From Anaerolineae bacterium (GTDB taxonomy: Bacteria; Chloroflexota; Anaerolineae; B4-G1; SLSP01): a stretch of DNA of 53,474 nucleotides. The stretch is taken from the NCBI GenBank assembly GCA_040774145.1, contig JAXGUU010000001.1, forward strand, positions 1 to 53,474, read 5' to 3'. Within the stretch, counting starts at the first letter, position 1. Each line of letters starts with the position of its first letter. The translations under genes and the position numbers were made by a program. The notes under the pieces were generated by a model. The model was not told the DNA's origin and did no database searches. It saw nothing but the letters and a program-made list of their open reading frames with translations. Shown piece by piece: positions 19,666 to 27,455 of the stretch.

Positions 19666-19738
19666 TTACCTGAGTAGAGACCTAGGATTGACGACTAAAC
19701 TAGCACGCGTGTAGTCATCAATCGCACATCCCCACTCG

Positions 19739-21034
19739 CTAGTCCAAGAGCCCCATCAGGACATGGGCCAGCTTTTGGCTGTCATGTTGGCCATTGCAGT
19801 CCTCGTGGGCAAGATCGGCTGTCACGATGCGCAAGTCACCTCCCGTGTCAATCTCGGGCCTGACCCATTCGCACTCGACCTCTGCCATGACCGGAGGAAC
19901 GGCAGGCACCTCAGCATTGATCATCATGATGTCGATAATGCCCTCTCCAATGTGCCGTTCGAGCGCGTCCAGGTGTGCCTGGGCTGTGTAGCCATCGGTC
20001 TCGCCGGGCTGGGTCGCGACATTGCACACATAGACTTTCAGAGCTGCGGTCGCGCGTAGCGCTTCGGCGATCCTCGGCACCAGTAAGTTCGGCAGGATGC
20101 TGGTGTAGAGACTGCCGGGGCCGATCACGATCAGGTCGGCGCGCAAGATCGCCCGTACCGCACCGGGATAGGCGCTGGGAGCATCGGGATTCAGCGCCAC
20201 TCGCACGACATGGCCGTGCGTTGCCGGAATCTCCGACTCTCCATAGACGCGGACAACGGTCTCGCCGTCGGTGCTCACATCGGCGTAGAGCGTCACCGCA
20301 TCGAGCGTGCTCGGTAACACTTCACCTTGCACCGCCAAGACCTGGCTGGAGGCCATCAGCGCTCCCTCGAACGAGCCGGTGATGCCGGCCATCGCGCTGA
20401 TGAAGAGATTGCCGAAGCTGTGTCCCTTGAGGTCCTTGCCCTGCGCATAGCGATACTGGAAGAGACGTGTGACGAGCGATTCGTCATCGGCCAGTGCAGC
20501 GATGCAGTTGCGGAAATCGCCCGGCGGCAGGATGCCCGTGTCACGGCGCAGGCGACCCGACGATCCTCCGTCATCGGCGACGGTGACGATGGCTGTGAGG
20601 TTGGACGTGAAGGCCTTGAGTCCCCGTAGGGCAGCCGCCTGTCCATGGCCCCCGCCGATCACGACCACGTGCGGGCCGCGTCCCCGCCGCCGGTAGTCGT
20701 AGAGCACGGTGGGGATCGACGCCTGCCTGCCGATCCTAAAGGGCTCCAGGATGGCGCGATTGAGCCCCCAGATGCCATAGGCGATCAGCCATAGACCCGA
20801 GGCGATGATGACACCTGTTCGCATCCCTCGCGGCATAAACTGCAGCGTTAGATAGTAAAAGAGCCGAGGGAGGGGATCAAGATACGCCCGCAGAAGCAAC
20901 GCACCGCCGAAGCTTAGCAGCCCGACGCCCAGGGCCAGTAGCATTAACCAGCGCTTGACGCCGATACCTGGCGTAAGCCACTTGAGGTGGGGTTGCCAGC
21001 TTCGCGTTGCAGCTTGGATAACCCTCCACTTCAT
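19739..21034 (-). CDS. yvcK: YvcK/CuvA-family (gluconeogenesis factor, CofD-like) protein with an N-terminal membrane extension
   Basis: VVVIGGGHGQAA and GPGSLYTSILPNLLV. These are preceded by about 110 aa containing hydrophobic helices WLMLLALGVGLLSFGGALLL and GVIIASGLWLIAYGIWGL. Confidence 0.8.
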   Translation of the reverse strand: MKWRVIQAATRSWQPHLKWLTPGIGVKRWLMLLALGVGLLSFGGALLLRAYLDPLPRLFYYLTLQFMPRGMRTGVIIASGLWLIAYGIWGLNRAILEPFRIGRQASIPTVLYDYRRRGRGPHVVVIGGGHGQAAALRGLKAFTSNLTAIVTVADDGGSSGRLRRDTGILPPGDFRNCIAALADDESLVTRLFQYRYAQGKDLKGHSFGNLFISAMAGITGSFEGALMASSQVLAVQGEVLPSTLDAVTLYADVSTDGETVVRVYGESEIPATHGHVVRVALNPDAPSAYPGAVRAILRADLIVIGPGSLYTSILPNLLVPRIAEALRATAALKVYVCNVATQPGETDGYTAQAHLDALERHIGEGIIDIMMINAEVPAVPPVMAEVECEWVRPEIDTGGDLRIVTADLAHEDCNGQHDSQKLAHVLMGLLD

Positions 21035-21104
21035 CGTAAGAATTATACCTAGATTATCAGACGTGTCAACAGAGCGCTAGCCCAATTGGCGTAACGTCCC
21101 TATC

Positions 21105-21140
21105 AAGAGAGGCCTGGGCGGTGTATCCCAGGCCTCTCTT
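21105..21140 (-). terminator. 14-bp hairpin downstream of rsfS
   Basis: AAGAGAGGCCTGGG (21105-21118) pairs with CCCAGGCCTCTCTT (21127-21140) around an 8-nt loop. Confidence 0.45.
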
Positions 21141-21158
21141 ACATGGACGGATGGTCGA

Positions 21159-21509
21159 TCACTGGATATGGGTGACGATGCGGGCGTTGTTCCAGAGCTC
21201 TTCCAAGCGGTAGAACTCACGCATCTCCTGGGTGAAGAGATGCACGATCACGCTGTTGTAGTCAAGCAGCACCCATCCGGATTCGGCACCAGCCTCGGAT
21301 CCGGCAGCCAACCGTTGTATATTCGATCGTTTCAGCTCTTCCTGCACTGCGCTGTGCAGAGCATCCAACTGTCGAAAGCTGCCTGCCGTACAGAGGATGA
21401 AATAGTCGGTGAACGTCGTGACTTCAGTCAGATCAAGGATGAGGATGTCCTCACCCTGTTTGTCGACGATGATCTCGGTGATCCGGTTTGCCAGTTCTCT
21501 ACTCTCCAC
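21159..21509 (-). CDS. rsfS: Ribosome silencing factor RsfS (Iojap family)
   Basis: 116 aa. DILILDL ... DYFILCTAGSFRQLDAL ... WVLLDYNSVIVHLF. GTG start preceded by GGGAGG. Confidence 0.85.
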   Translation of the reverse strand: MESRELANRITEIIVDKQGEDILILDLTEVTTFTDYFILCTAGSFRQLDALHSAVQEELKRSNIQRLAAGSEAGAESGWVLLDYNSVIVHLFTQEMREFYRLEELWNNARIVTHIQ

Positions 21510-21597
21510 CCAGCCTCCCTCTGCTCTAGTTGCTAAAATATGTCAGATGCATGATATCATAAATGGAGCTCGCACGCCAGTCTGAATGGTGCGATGT

Positions 21598-22596
21598 CTA
21601 GAGAGACGACTCCAAGAGTGTCAGCAGGATCTCAACGGCGTTCTCGACATCCGCGGTGTCGACCATCTCCGAGGGGGAGTGAACGTAGCGACATGGGATG
21701 CTGAGACATCCGCTGGGCACGCCGGACCGCACTAACTGCATCGCCGCCGCATCGGTCGTGCCGCCGAGCAGGATCTCCATCTGATAGGGTGCCCCTGCTC
21801 GTTCCGCTGCGGCGATGAGGGCATCGCGAACCGCGGGGTGGGCGATCATCCCCCCGTCTTTCACCTTGATCGCCGGGCCCTGACCGAGGCCGACGTCCAT
21901 CGGCAGGGCCTTCGGCGTATCGCCGGTCCCTGTGACGTCGACTGAGATCGCGAGGTCGGGATCGATGCGGTAGGCCGAGGTGCGGGCGCCCGACAACGTG
22001 ATCTCCTCCTGAGTTGTAAAGGCGAAATAGACCTCGTGAGCACGGGCCTCAAGCCGGCGCATCACCTCGATGAGTACGTAGCAGCCGATACGATCGTCGA
22101 GCGCCTTGCTGACCAGGCGCGTGCCCTGACTGACCAGCGGTCCTACGAAGTGGGCCGTGTCGCCGACACGAACCGGAGAGCTGTCACGGTCGACGGCGCC
22201 CACGTCGAGGTAGAGATGCTGCAGCTCGGGCACCTTGGAGGCATCCTCTCGCCGTTCCACGTAGATGGGGGCTGTGATGCCGCCGGCGAACCGTGCACGC
22301 CCGCCGATGGCATTGACGGCGCGAACACCGCCGATCGACGTGAAGCGCACAAAGCCCTTGTCCTCCACATGGGTGACCATCAGGCCGATCTCATCCATAT
22401 GGGCAGCGAGCAGGACTCGCTTGGCGCCCGGCGCGCCTTCGGAGGCGTGGCGGATGCCGATCAGGCTGCCGAGAGCGTCGACTCGCGTCTCATCAGCGTA
22501 AGGTGTGATGGCCTCCGCGATGACGGCGCGAATCTCATCCTCGTATCCCGATGGACCAAAGGTCTGGGTCAGTCTGCCTAGCAGTTTGAGATCCAA
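21598..22596 (-). CDS. M42-family metallopeptidase (TET / FrvX / CelM-type aminopeptidase), copy 3
   Basis: In-frame TTG at 22596 is preceded by AAGGAG. Metal-ligand blocks: AAHMDEIGLMV, ALDDRIGCYV, TTQEEITLSG, ISVDVTG, PCRYVHSPSE. The track ORF (to 23043) is an unstopped upstream extension. Confidence 0.85.
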   Translation of the reverse strand: MDLKLLGRLTQTFGPSGYEDEIRAVIAEAITPYADETRVDALGSLIGIRHASEGAPGAKRVLLAAHMDEIGLMVTHVEDKGFVRFTSIGGVRAVNAIGGRARFAGGITAPIYVERREDASKVPELQHLYLDVGAVDRDSSPVRVGDTAHFVGPLVSQGTRLVSKALDDRIGCYVLIEVMRRLEARAHEVYFAFTTQEEITLSGARTSAYRIDPDLAISVDVTGTGDTPKALPMDVGLGQGPAIKVKDGGMIAHPAVRDALIAAAERAGAPYQMEILLGGTTDAAAMQLVRSGVPSGCLSIPCRYVHSPSEMVDTADVENAVEILLTLLESSL

Positions 22597-22648
22597 GCTT
22601 TTCTCCTTATCTGCTGATCGTCCTGTACCGCGTGCTTCTCGATCCTGG

Positions 22649-23713
22649 CTAAGCGTCCGGCGTCGCTGTCGGGCGGACCAGCTCGGGTGTGAACTGGAGG
22701 GCCGCGGCTGCGACGAGACGAGCACACGCCGCGAGATCGTGCTCCCGCAGCACGGAGACGGGACTGTGGATATAGCGACATGGTACGGCAACGGTGATGG
22801 ACGGCACGCCCGCGCGCGTTCTGTGAATGCCCCCCGCGTCAGTTCCCCCGATGCCCGGTTGTTTGATCTGATAGGTGATCCCTTCGGCGTCGGCGACGCG
22901 CATAAAGTGACTGAGCAAGCGCGGCGGGGTAATGTAGGAGCGGTCCATCGCAGTGATGGCCGGCCCTCGACCCAGGGCCGTGGTCGGGCTGACATCAGGC
23001 TCATCCTTGGGCAGATCGTCCGCAAGCGTGCCCTCCAGGGCAATGGCTACGTCGGGCTCGACGGCGTAGGCCGCTACCTGAGCTCCACGCAACCCCACTT
23101 CCTCTTGGACGGTGAAGACGCCGACAAGATCGAAGGGGTAGGGGCCTCCGCGCAGCAGGTCGACCAAGACCGTGCATCCGGCTCGGTCGTCAAAGGCCTT
23201 GCCCATACAACTGCTGCCCATCGTCTCAAAGGTCGTCGCAAAGACGATCGCTGTGCCCACCGGTGCGAGGCGTTCGGCCTCATCCCTGCTCGTTGCTCCA
23301 ATGTCGACCACGAGCTTGTCAATACTCGGTGCCTTGTTGAGGCTGCTCCTGTCCGTGCGGTGGATCGCCTGCAACCCGATGACGCCCGGGATGGCCTGGT
23401 CGCCCACACGCACGGTCAGCCCCGGCAGCAACCTGTCAGGGATACCGCCGACAGTTGCGACGCGTAGGTCGCCCTCGCCGGTGTGGTCGATCACCATCAT
23501 CCCGACCTCGTCCATGTGGGCCGAGACCATCACGCGAAGCCCCGCGGTCCCCTGACCCGCCTTATAGGCGATCAGATTGCCCAGGGCGTCGATGCGAAGG
23601 GTGTCAACGTAGGTCTCGATCAACGGTCGGATGGCGCGGCGTACCTCGATTTCCTGGCCCGAGATGCCCGGTGCGTTGGAGAGAAGGCCCAGGTGGTCGA
23701 TCAGTTCGTTCAT
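22649..23713 (-). CDS. M42-family metallopeptidase, copy 2
   Basis: SAHMDEVGMMV, AFDDRAGCTV, TVQEEVGLRGA, PCRYIHSPVS. The ATG overlaps the stop of copy 1 (ATGA at 23710-23713). Confidence 0.88.
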   Translation of the reverse strand: MNELIDHLGLLSNAPGISGQEIEVRRAIRPLIETYVDTLRIDALGNLIAYKAGQGTAGLRVMVSAHMDEVGMMVIDHTGEGDLRVATVGGIPDRLLPGLTVRVGDQAIPGVIGLQAIHRTDRSSLNKAPSIDKLVVDIGATSRDEAERLAPVGTAIVFATTFETMGSSCMGKAFDDRAGCTVLVDLLRGGPYPFDLVGVFTVQEEVGLRGAQVAAYAVEPDVAIALEGTLADDLPKDEPDVSPTTALGRGPAITAMDRSYITPPRLLSHFMRVADAEGITYQIKQPGIGGTDAGGIHRTRAGVPSITVAVPCRYIHSPVSVLREHDLAACARLVAAAALQFTPELVRPTATPDA

Positions 23714-24765
23714 GCCTCATCCTCCCAACGGATTGAGAACTCGGGCGTCAACCCGGCGGCAAAGCTCGCCAGCAACCGCCCGGCCCGCTCAACGTCGCGA
23801 ATCGCCACGGTCTCGACCGGTTGGTGCATATACCGAATCGGAATGGAGATCAGGCCGGAGGGAATGCCCTCCCCGGACAGCTGGATACCCCAGGCGTCGG
23901 TGCCGCTTGAGCCCGGGAGGGGTTCGATGACAAAGGGGATCTCGTCTGCCGTGGCTACCTCTTTCATCCTCTCGACCATCTGCGGGTGGAAGTTGGGCCC
24001 AACACCGATGGTGGGACCTTTGCCCAGCTCGAAGACCCCTGACTCTCCGTCGCCGTTCTGTTTAGCGAAGGTGACGTCGAGTGCGATGGCGAGATCGGGG
24101 GCGAGGCTGTAGGCGCTGGTGATGGCGCCCTTGATGCCGACCTCTTCCTGAACGGTCGCCACTGCATAGAAATCCCAGCTGTGCTCACGATGCTGAAGCG
24201 CTTCCAAGGCCAACGTCAGTGCGGCAATGGACGTCCGATTGTCCAGCGCCTTACCGGCAGCGCGACCGTTCTTGAGGGCCAGCAAAGGCTGCCGCAGGGT
24301 GACATGATCTCCCACCCGAACCTGGTCCCGCAGGTCATCGGCATCGAGGCCAACGTCGATGAAGAGCTCCTGCCAAGGAGGGATGTTCTGCCGCTGCGCT
24401 GCAGGGAGGATGTGGGGCGGGCGGCTCCCGATGACGCCGGGTAACCTGTGCCGACCGTGAACCCATACCTGCAGGCCCAACAATACGCGTCGATCCATGC
24501 CGCCGAGCTGATGGCAGCGCAGGAAATCGCCTTCGAATCCCGTGATGATCAGCCCGATTTCGTCCATGTGAGCGGCAGCCATCAGCGAGCGTCTCGGCGC
24601 CGGACCGGTGCCTTGCCGGCGGGCGATGAGGTTGCCCATCGCGTCAACGCGCAGGTCATCGACAAGAGGCTGCCAGAGCGCCTCGATCTGACGGCTCACC
24701 GCCCCTTCATAGCCCGCAGGGCCTGAAGCTTCGGACAGGGCTTTCAGCAGTTCGATTGTCTCCAA
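23710..24765 (-). CDS. M42-family metallopeptidase, copy 1
   Basis: AAHMDEIGLII, ALDNRTSIAAL, TVQEEVGIKGA, IALDVT, PIRYMHQPVE. TTG start preceded by AAGGAG. Confidence 0.85.
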   Translation of the reverse strand: METIELLKALSEASGPAGYEGAVSRQIEALWQPLVDDLRVDAMGNLIARRQGTGPAPRRSLMAAAHMDEIGLIITGFEGDFLRCHQLGGMDRRVLLGLQVWVHGRHRLPGVIGSRPPHILPAAQRQNIPPWQELFIDVGLDADDLRDQVRVGDHVTLRQPLLALKNGRAAGKALDNRTSIAALTLALEALQHREHSWDFYAVATVQEEVGIKGAITSAYSLAPDLAIALDVTFAKQNGDGESGVFELGKGPTIGVGPNFHPQMVERMKEVATADEIPFVIEPLPGSSGTDAWGIQLSGEGIPSGLISIPIRYMHQPVETVAIRDVERAGRLLASFAAGLTPEFSIRWEDEA

Positions 24766-24787
24766 GGCGGCTCCTTCTCCCGATGGT

Positions 24788-25336
24788 TCAGGGTGTGGGT
24801 GTGTTCTCGGTCGTGGCTGTGGGCTCGACGGCGGGGGTGAGGGTAGGCGTCCATGTCAATGTGGGGATGGGGGTGAAGGTCGGCGTGAAGGATGTGGTGG
24901 GCGTTGCGGTCGGTGTTGCCGACGGCGTGGCTGTAGGCGTCTCCGGTTCGGGCGTGAGGGTCGGTGTGAGGGTCGCCGTGCCCGTTGACGTCGGTTCCTC
25001 CGTCGGCTGCTCGGTCTCGGTGGGCGTCGGTGTGGGCGTCTCGGTGGGCAGCGGCGTCTCCGTCGGTTCCGGTGTCGGGGTGCGTGTAGGCGGGAACCAC
25101 TGCGTGGGCGTGGCTTGCATCGTTCGATCGGGCGTTCCGTCCTCGGGACCCACCTCAAAGGGTGTCAGTGTGGCTTCGGGCGTCACCGTGATCGTCGGCG
25201 TTGGCGTCGCCTCGGGCGTCGACGTGGGGGGGCGGATCGCGAGGGCGACGAATCCGAGGCAATAACACGGAATCGTCGCGATGATGATCGCGACGAGAAT
25301 GGTGTAGATCGGTTTCTGCGCGCGCAGCTTCTCCAT
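24788..25336 (-). CDS. N-terminally anchored Thr/Pro-rich low-complexity protein
   Basis: 182 aa. TM helix IYTILVAIIIATIPCYCLGFVALAI followed by about 150 aa of TP/EP repeats (TPTPTITVTPEATLTP ... TPTPEPTETPLPTETPTPTPTETEQPTEEPT). It sits 22 nt upstream of M42 copy 1 on the same strand. Confidence 0.55.
   Translation of the reverse strand: MEKLRAQKPIYTILVAIIIATIPCYCLGFVALAIRPPTSTPEATPTPTITVTPEATLTPFEVGPEDGTPDRTMQATPTQWFPPTRTPTPEPTETPLPTETPTPTPTETEQPTEEPTSTGTATLTPTLTPEPETPTATPSATPTATPTTSFTPTFTPIPTLTWTPTLTPAVEPTATTENTPTP
24800..25270. repeat. Imperfect codon-periodic low-complexity DNA (ACN/CCN on the minus strand) encoding the Thr/Pro tract
   Basis: GGTGT/GGCGT/GGGTG-type units recur on the plus strand. 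All of the other frames here also give long compositionally biased ORFs (24744..25100, 24756..25265, 24856..25158). Confidence 0.6.
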
Positions 25337-25486
25337 AGATCTCCAACCCCACTCAGGTCAGTGCTGCCCAGCCTGCTCGGGTGACCTCACAGGCGCCGTT
25401 GACGGCGAGCCCTACGAGATAAGGCCCGTGGCGCCGATGATAGCATCGTTCAAGGCTAAGTCAACGACGATGAGCGGCGTGCAGGA

Positions 25487-25774
25487 TCAATCCTGTAGCG
25501 TCTGCGCATCGTCAATAATGTGTCGGCCGGCAGCGACTTCGTCGACGGAATGAATGGCACCACCCATCTCGTCGATCAGTTGCGCCACCATTTCGAAGCT
25601 GAGGGACTCGCCCTCGATCGTGATTTTGGCATTCTCGACCTTGCGATCCATCTCATAGATGCTGATGTTGACCGCCGAGACCCCCTCAAGATCGGTGAGT
25701 TGATCGGCTAGCTCGATGATGCTTGGGTCGTGGGGTTTCAATGTGTCCAAGACCAATCTTCTGATCCTACCCAT
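25487..25774 (-). CDS. DUF211-family small protein
   Basis: 95 aa. IRRLVLDTLKPHDPSIIELADQL ... GVSAVNISIYEMDRKVENAKITIEG ... GGAIHSVDEVAAG matches my recollection of the DUF211 signature almost block for block. Confidence 0.7.
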   Translation of the reverse strand: MGRIRRLVLDTLKPHDPSIIELADQLTDLEGVSAVNISIYEMDRKVENAKITIEGESLSFEMVAQLIDEMGGAIHSVDEVAAGRHIIDDAQTLQD

Positions 25775-26210
25775 GGTGCTCCTTGTCTCGTTTTCGTGGG
25801 ATGATGTTCGAGTCTGTGGGCCACCTCATCGTGAGTAGATCGATGGTCCGCGCACACCGGGGACCGGTGCGCTGCACGCTGAGGTGACCGGCGACGCACA
25901 CCTGCGCAACCGATGGGGTCGGCTGCGATCGTTCAAGCGCTATCGCATGCATAGGCTCTTCAGATTCCAAAGCACATCTATGATAATGGAGTTCCCCGGA
26001 TAAGCAACTACATGATGGGGTGATTGGGTTGTTGGATGGTTATCACGAAATTGGCGCCTTGAACCAACTCCTGACCCTAGAAGGTCAGATTTTGGCGAGC
26101 GCTGTCGCCATATTGCAACACAGTCGTCATGCCCTGTGGTTGTGTTGCCTTTTCAGCTGTGATACAATGATTTGTGATTGGCGGAAGCTCTATGACTCCC
26201 TGGCGATATA

Positions 26211-26219
26211 TGTTATAAT
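26211..26219 (+). promoter_or_regulatory. Extended -10 element TGtTATAAT in the AT-rich region upstream of the tad operon. A second TATAAT lies at 26225-26230.
   Basis: GTTATAAT occurs twice, 11 nt apart (26213-26220 and 26224-26231). TTGACA is at 26292-26297. The cpaB ATG is at 26329 with AAGGAGG in front. Confidence 0.35.
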
Positions 26220-26328
26220 TGGGTTATAATCTAGCGGGCTATCCGCGCAACAGCCGATTTCAGTTTGCATATTCTAACAACTCGTCCATGATTGACAGTG
26301 GAATAGCCTTGGCTCAAAGGAGGTCCTG

Positions 26329-27447
26329 ATGCGCGGGAACAGAGGTCTGGTCGTCTTCGCATTGATTCTGATTATCTTGGCTGTTGCCGCTGGAGCGGTC
26401 TATATCTATCTGCAGCGTTCAGGCGCGCCCGCGGACGAAGTGGCAGAGGCGACCCCGGAGATTGCTCCCGTCCAGACTGTGGACATCGTCGTGGCGCTGC
26501 AGAACGTGCCGCGAGGTATGCAGATTAGTGTTGAGGACAACGCAATCGCGCTCCAGGCCTGGCCGACTGACAATCTGCCCTATGAGTATTACACCTCCCT
26601 CGACGAGGTCGACGGCAGGTTTGCCCGCATGGAGATTCCGCGCGGCATGCCCGTGCTTCCGGATATGGTCGGTCGTCCGGGCGGGATGCTCTCCGTGAGT
26701 GGATCGGCTGCTGCCCTCTTTGAACCGGAGGACCGGGTTGCCTACGCCATCCCATTCGACACGCAGGGCGCGGTCGGTTGGGCGATTGAGCCGGGCGATC
26801 GGGTGGACGTGTTAGCCGCGTTGAAGATCGCACCGATCTACACGGACTTCCTCGAGAGCGGTGTCAAGCAGTTCACCTATCTTCAGAGCGGTGCAGAGGA
26901 TGAGGTGGTGCAGTCAAGCCCCTTTGGCGATTTTGAGTTGCTGCCGAACGGGCAGTGGGCCGCGATCTATCCCTCTGAGCTTCAGGCGGCGATTGAGCCG
27001 ATGCTCCTGACGCAGATGACGGTTCAGGATGCCATTGTCTGGCACGTTGGTGTGTGGGATGCGGCGACGTCTGCACCGGCGCGCGTGACTCAGGAGCCGG
27101 TCGCTGAAGGTGCCGGGCCTCTGGGTGAGGTCGCCCCGCAGGCTCAGGCTGCACCCACACCGATTCCCTTGGTGGAGACGAAGGAGATCGAGCTGGTGAC
27201 GCTCTTGGTGACCCGTGAAGACGCGTTGGTCCTGAAGTATCTCCACGAGGTCGGTGCCGATCTGGATCTGGTGCTCCGGCCCGCCAACGTGACCGGTCCG
27301 ATGTTGCAGACACAGCCGATCTGGTTCCGGTACATCGTCGATCGCTATCAACTGCCTGAGACCATGCCCGACGATCCCATCGGCCCCGTGCCCATCCGGG
27401 ATCCGCTGGAGGTGCTGCCCGAGCCCACGCCGGTACCTGAGGAGTAG
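26329..27447 (+). CDS. cpaB: Flp/Tad pilus assembly protein CpaB (RcpC family)
   Basis: N-terminal TM VVFALILIILAVAAGAVYIYL. SAF-like segment VDIVVALQNVPRGMQISVEDN. First gene of the tad cluster. Confidence 0.7.
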   Translation: MRGNRGLVVFALILIILAVAAGAVYIYLQRSGAPADEVAEATPEIAPVQTVDIVVALQNVPRGMQISVEDNAIALQAWPTDNLPYEYYTSLDEVDGRFARMEIPRGMPVLPDMVGRPGGMLSVSGSAAALFEPEDRVAYAIPFDTQGAVGWAIEPGDRVDVLAALKIAPIYTDFLESGVKQFTYLQSGAEDEVVQSSPFGDFELLPNGQWAAIYPSELQAAIEPMLLTQMTVQDAIVWHVGVWDAATSAPARVTQEPVAEGAGPLGEVAPQAQAAPTPIPLVETKEIELVTLLVTREDALVLKYLHEVGADLDLVLRPANVTGPMLQTQPIWFRYIVDRYQLPETMPDDPIGPVPIRDPLEVLPEPTPVPEE

Positions 27448-27455
27448 GAGCCTCG

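Noticed and set aside
22597-23043. N-terminal 148-aa extension of the third M42 peptidase in the track (481-aa ORF)
   Set aside because: The extension overlaps the 3' end of the preceding peptidase gene and is Arg/Ser/Pro-rich. An in-frame TTG at 22596 with AAGGAG upstream gives a normal-length M42 protein starting (M)DLKLLGRLTQ.
24756-25265. 169-aa Gly/Val-rich plus-strand ORF, and the other overlapping ORFs in the Thr/Pro repeat DNA
   Set aside because: They are mirror-frame products of the same compositional repeat. They lack a Shine-Dalgarno sequence, a membrane anchor and operon-compatible spacing, all of which the minus-strand 24788..25336 frame has.
24800-25270. Possible CRISPR array or tandem satellite
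   Set aside because: The periodicity is at the codon or short-oligomer level and imperfect. There is no repeat-spacer architecture of about 25-40 nt units, and no cas genes are in the window.
25767-25970. 67-aa minus-strand ORF overlapping the DUF211 start
   Set aside because: It has no recognisable motif, a non-ATG start, and an out-of-frame overlap with the DUF211 start. It is kept only as an alternative explanation for the long upstream region.
26020-26229. 69-aa ORF upstream of cpaB as the missing Flp pilin
   Set aside because: It has no G/xxxxEY processing motif and no hydrophobic pilin helix. It is Cys/His-rich, uses a non-ATG start, and lies in AT-rich promoter-like DNA.
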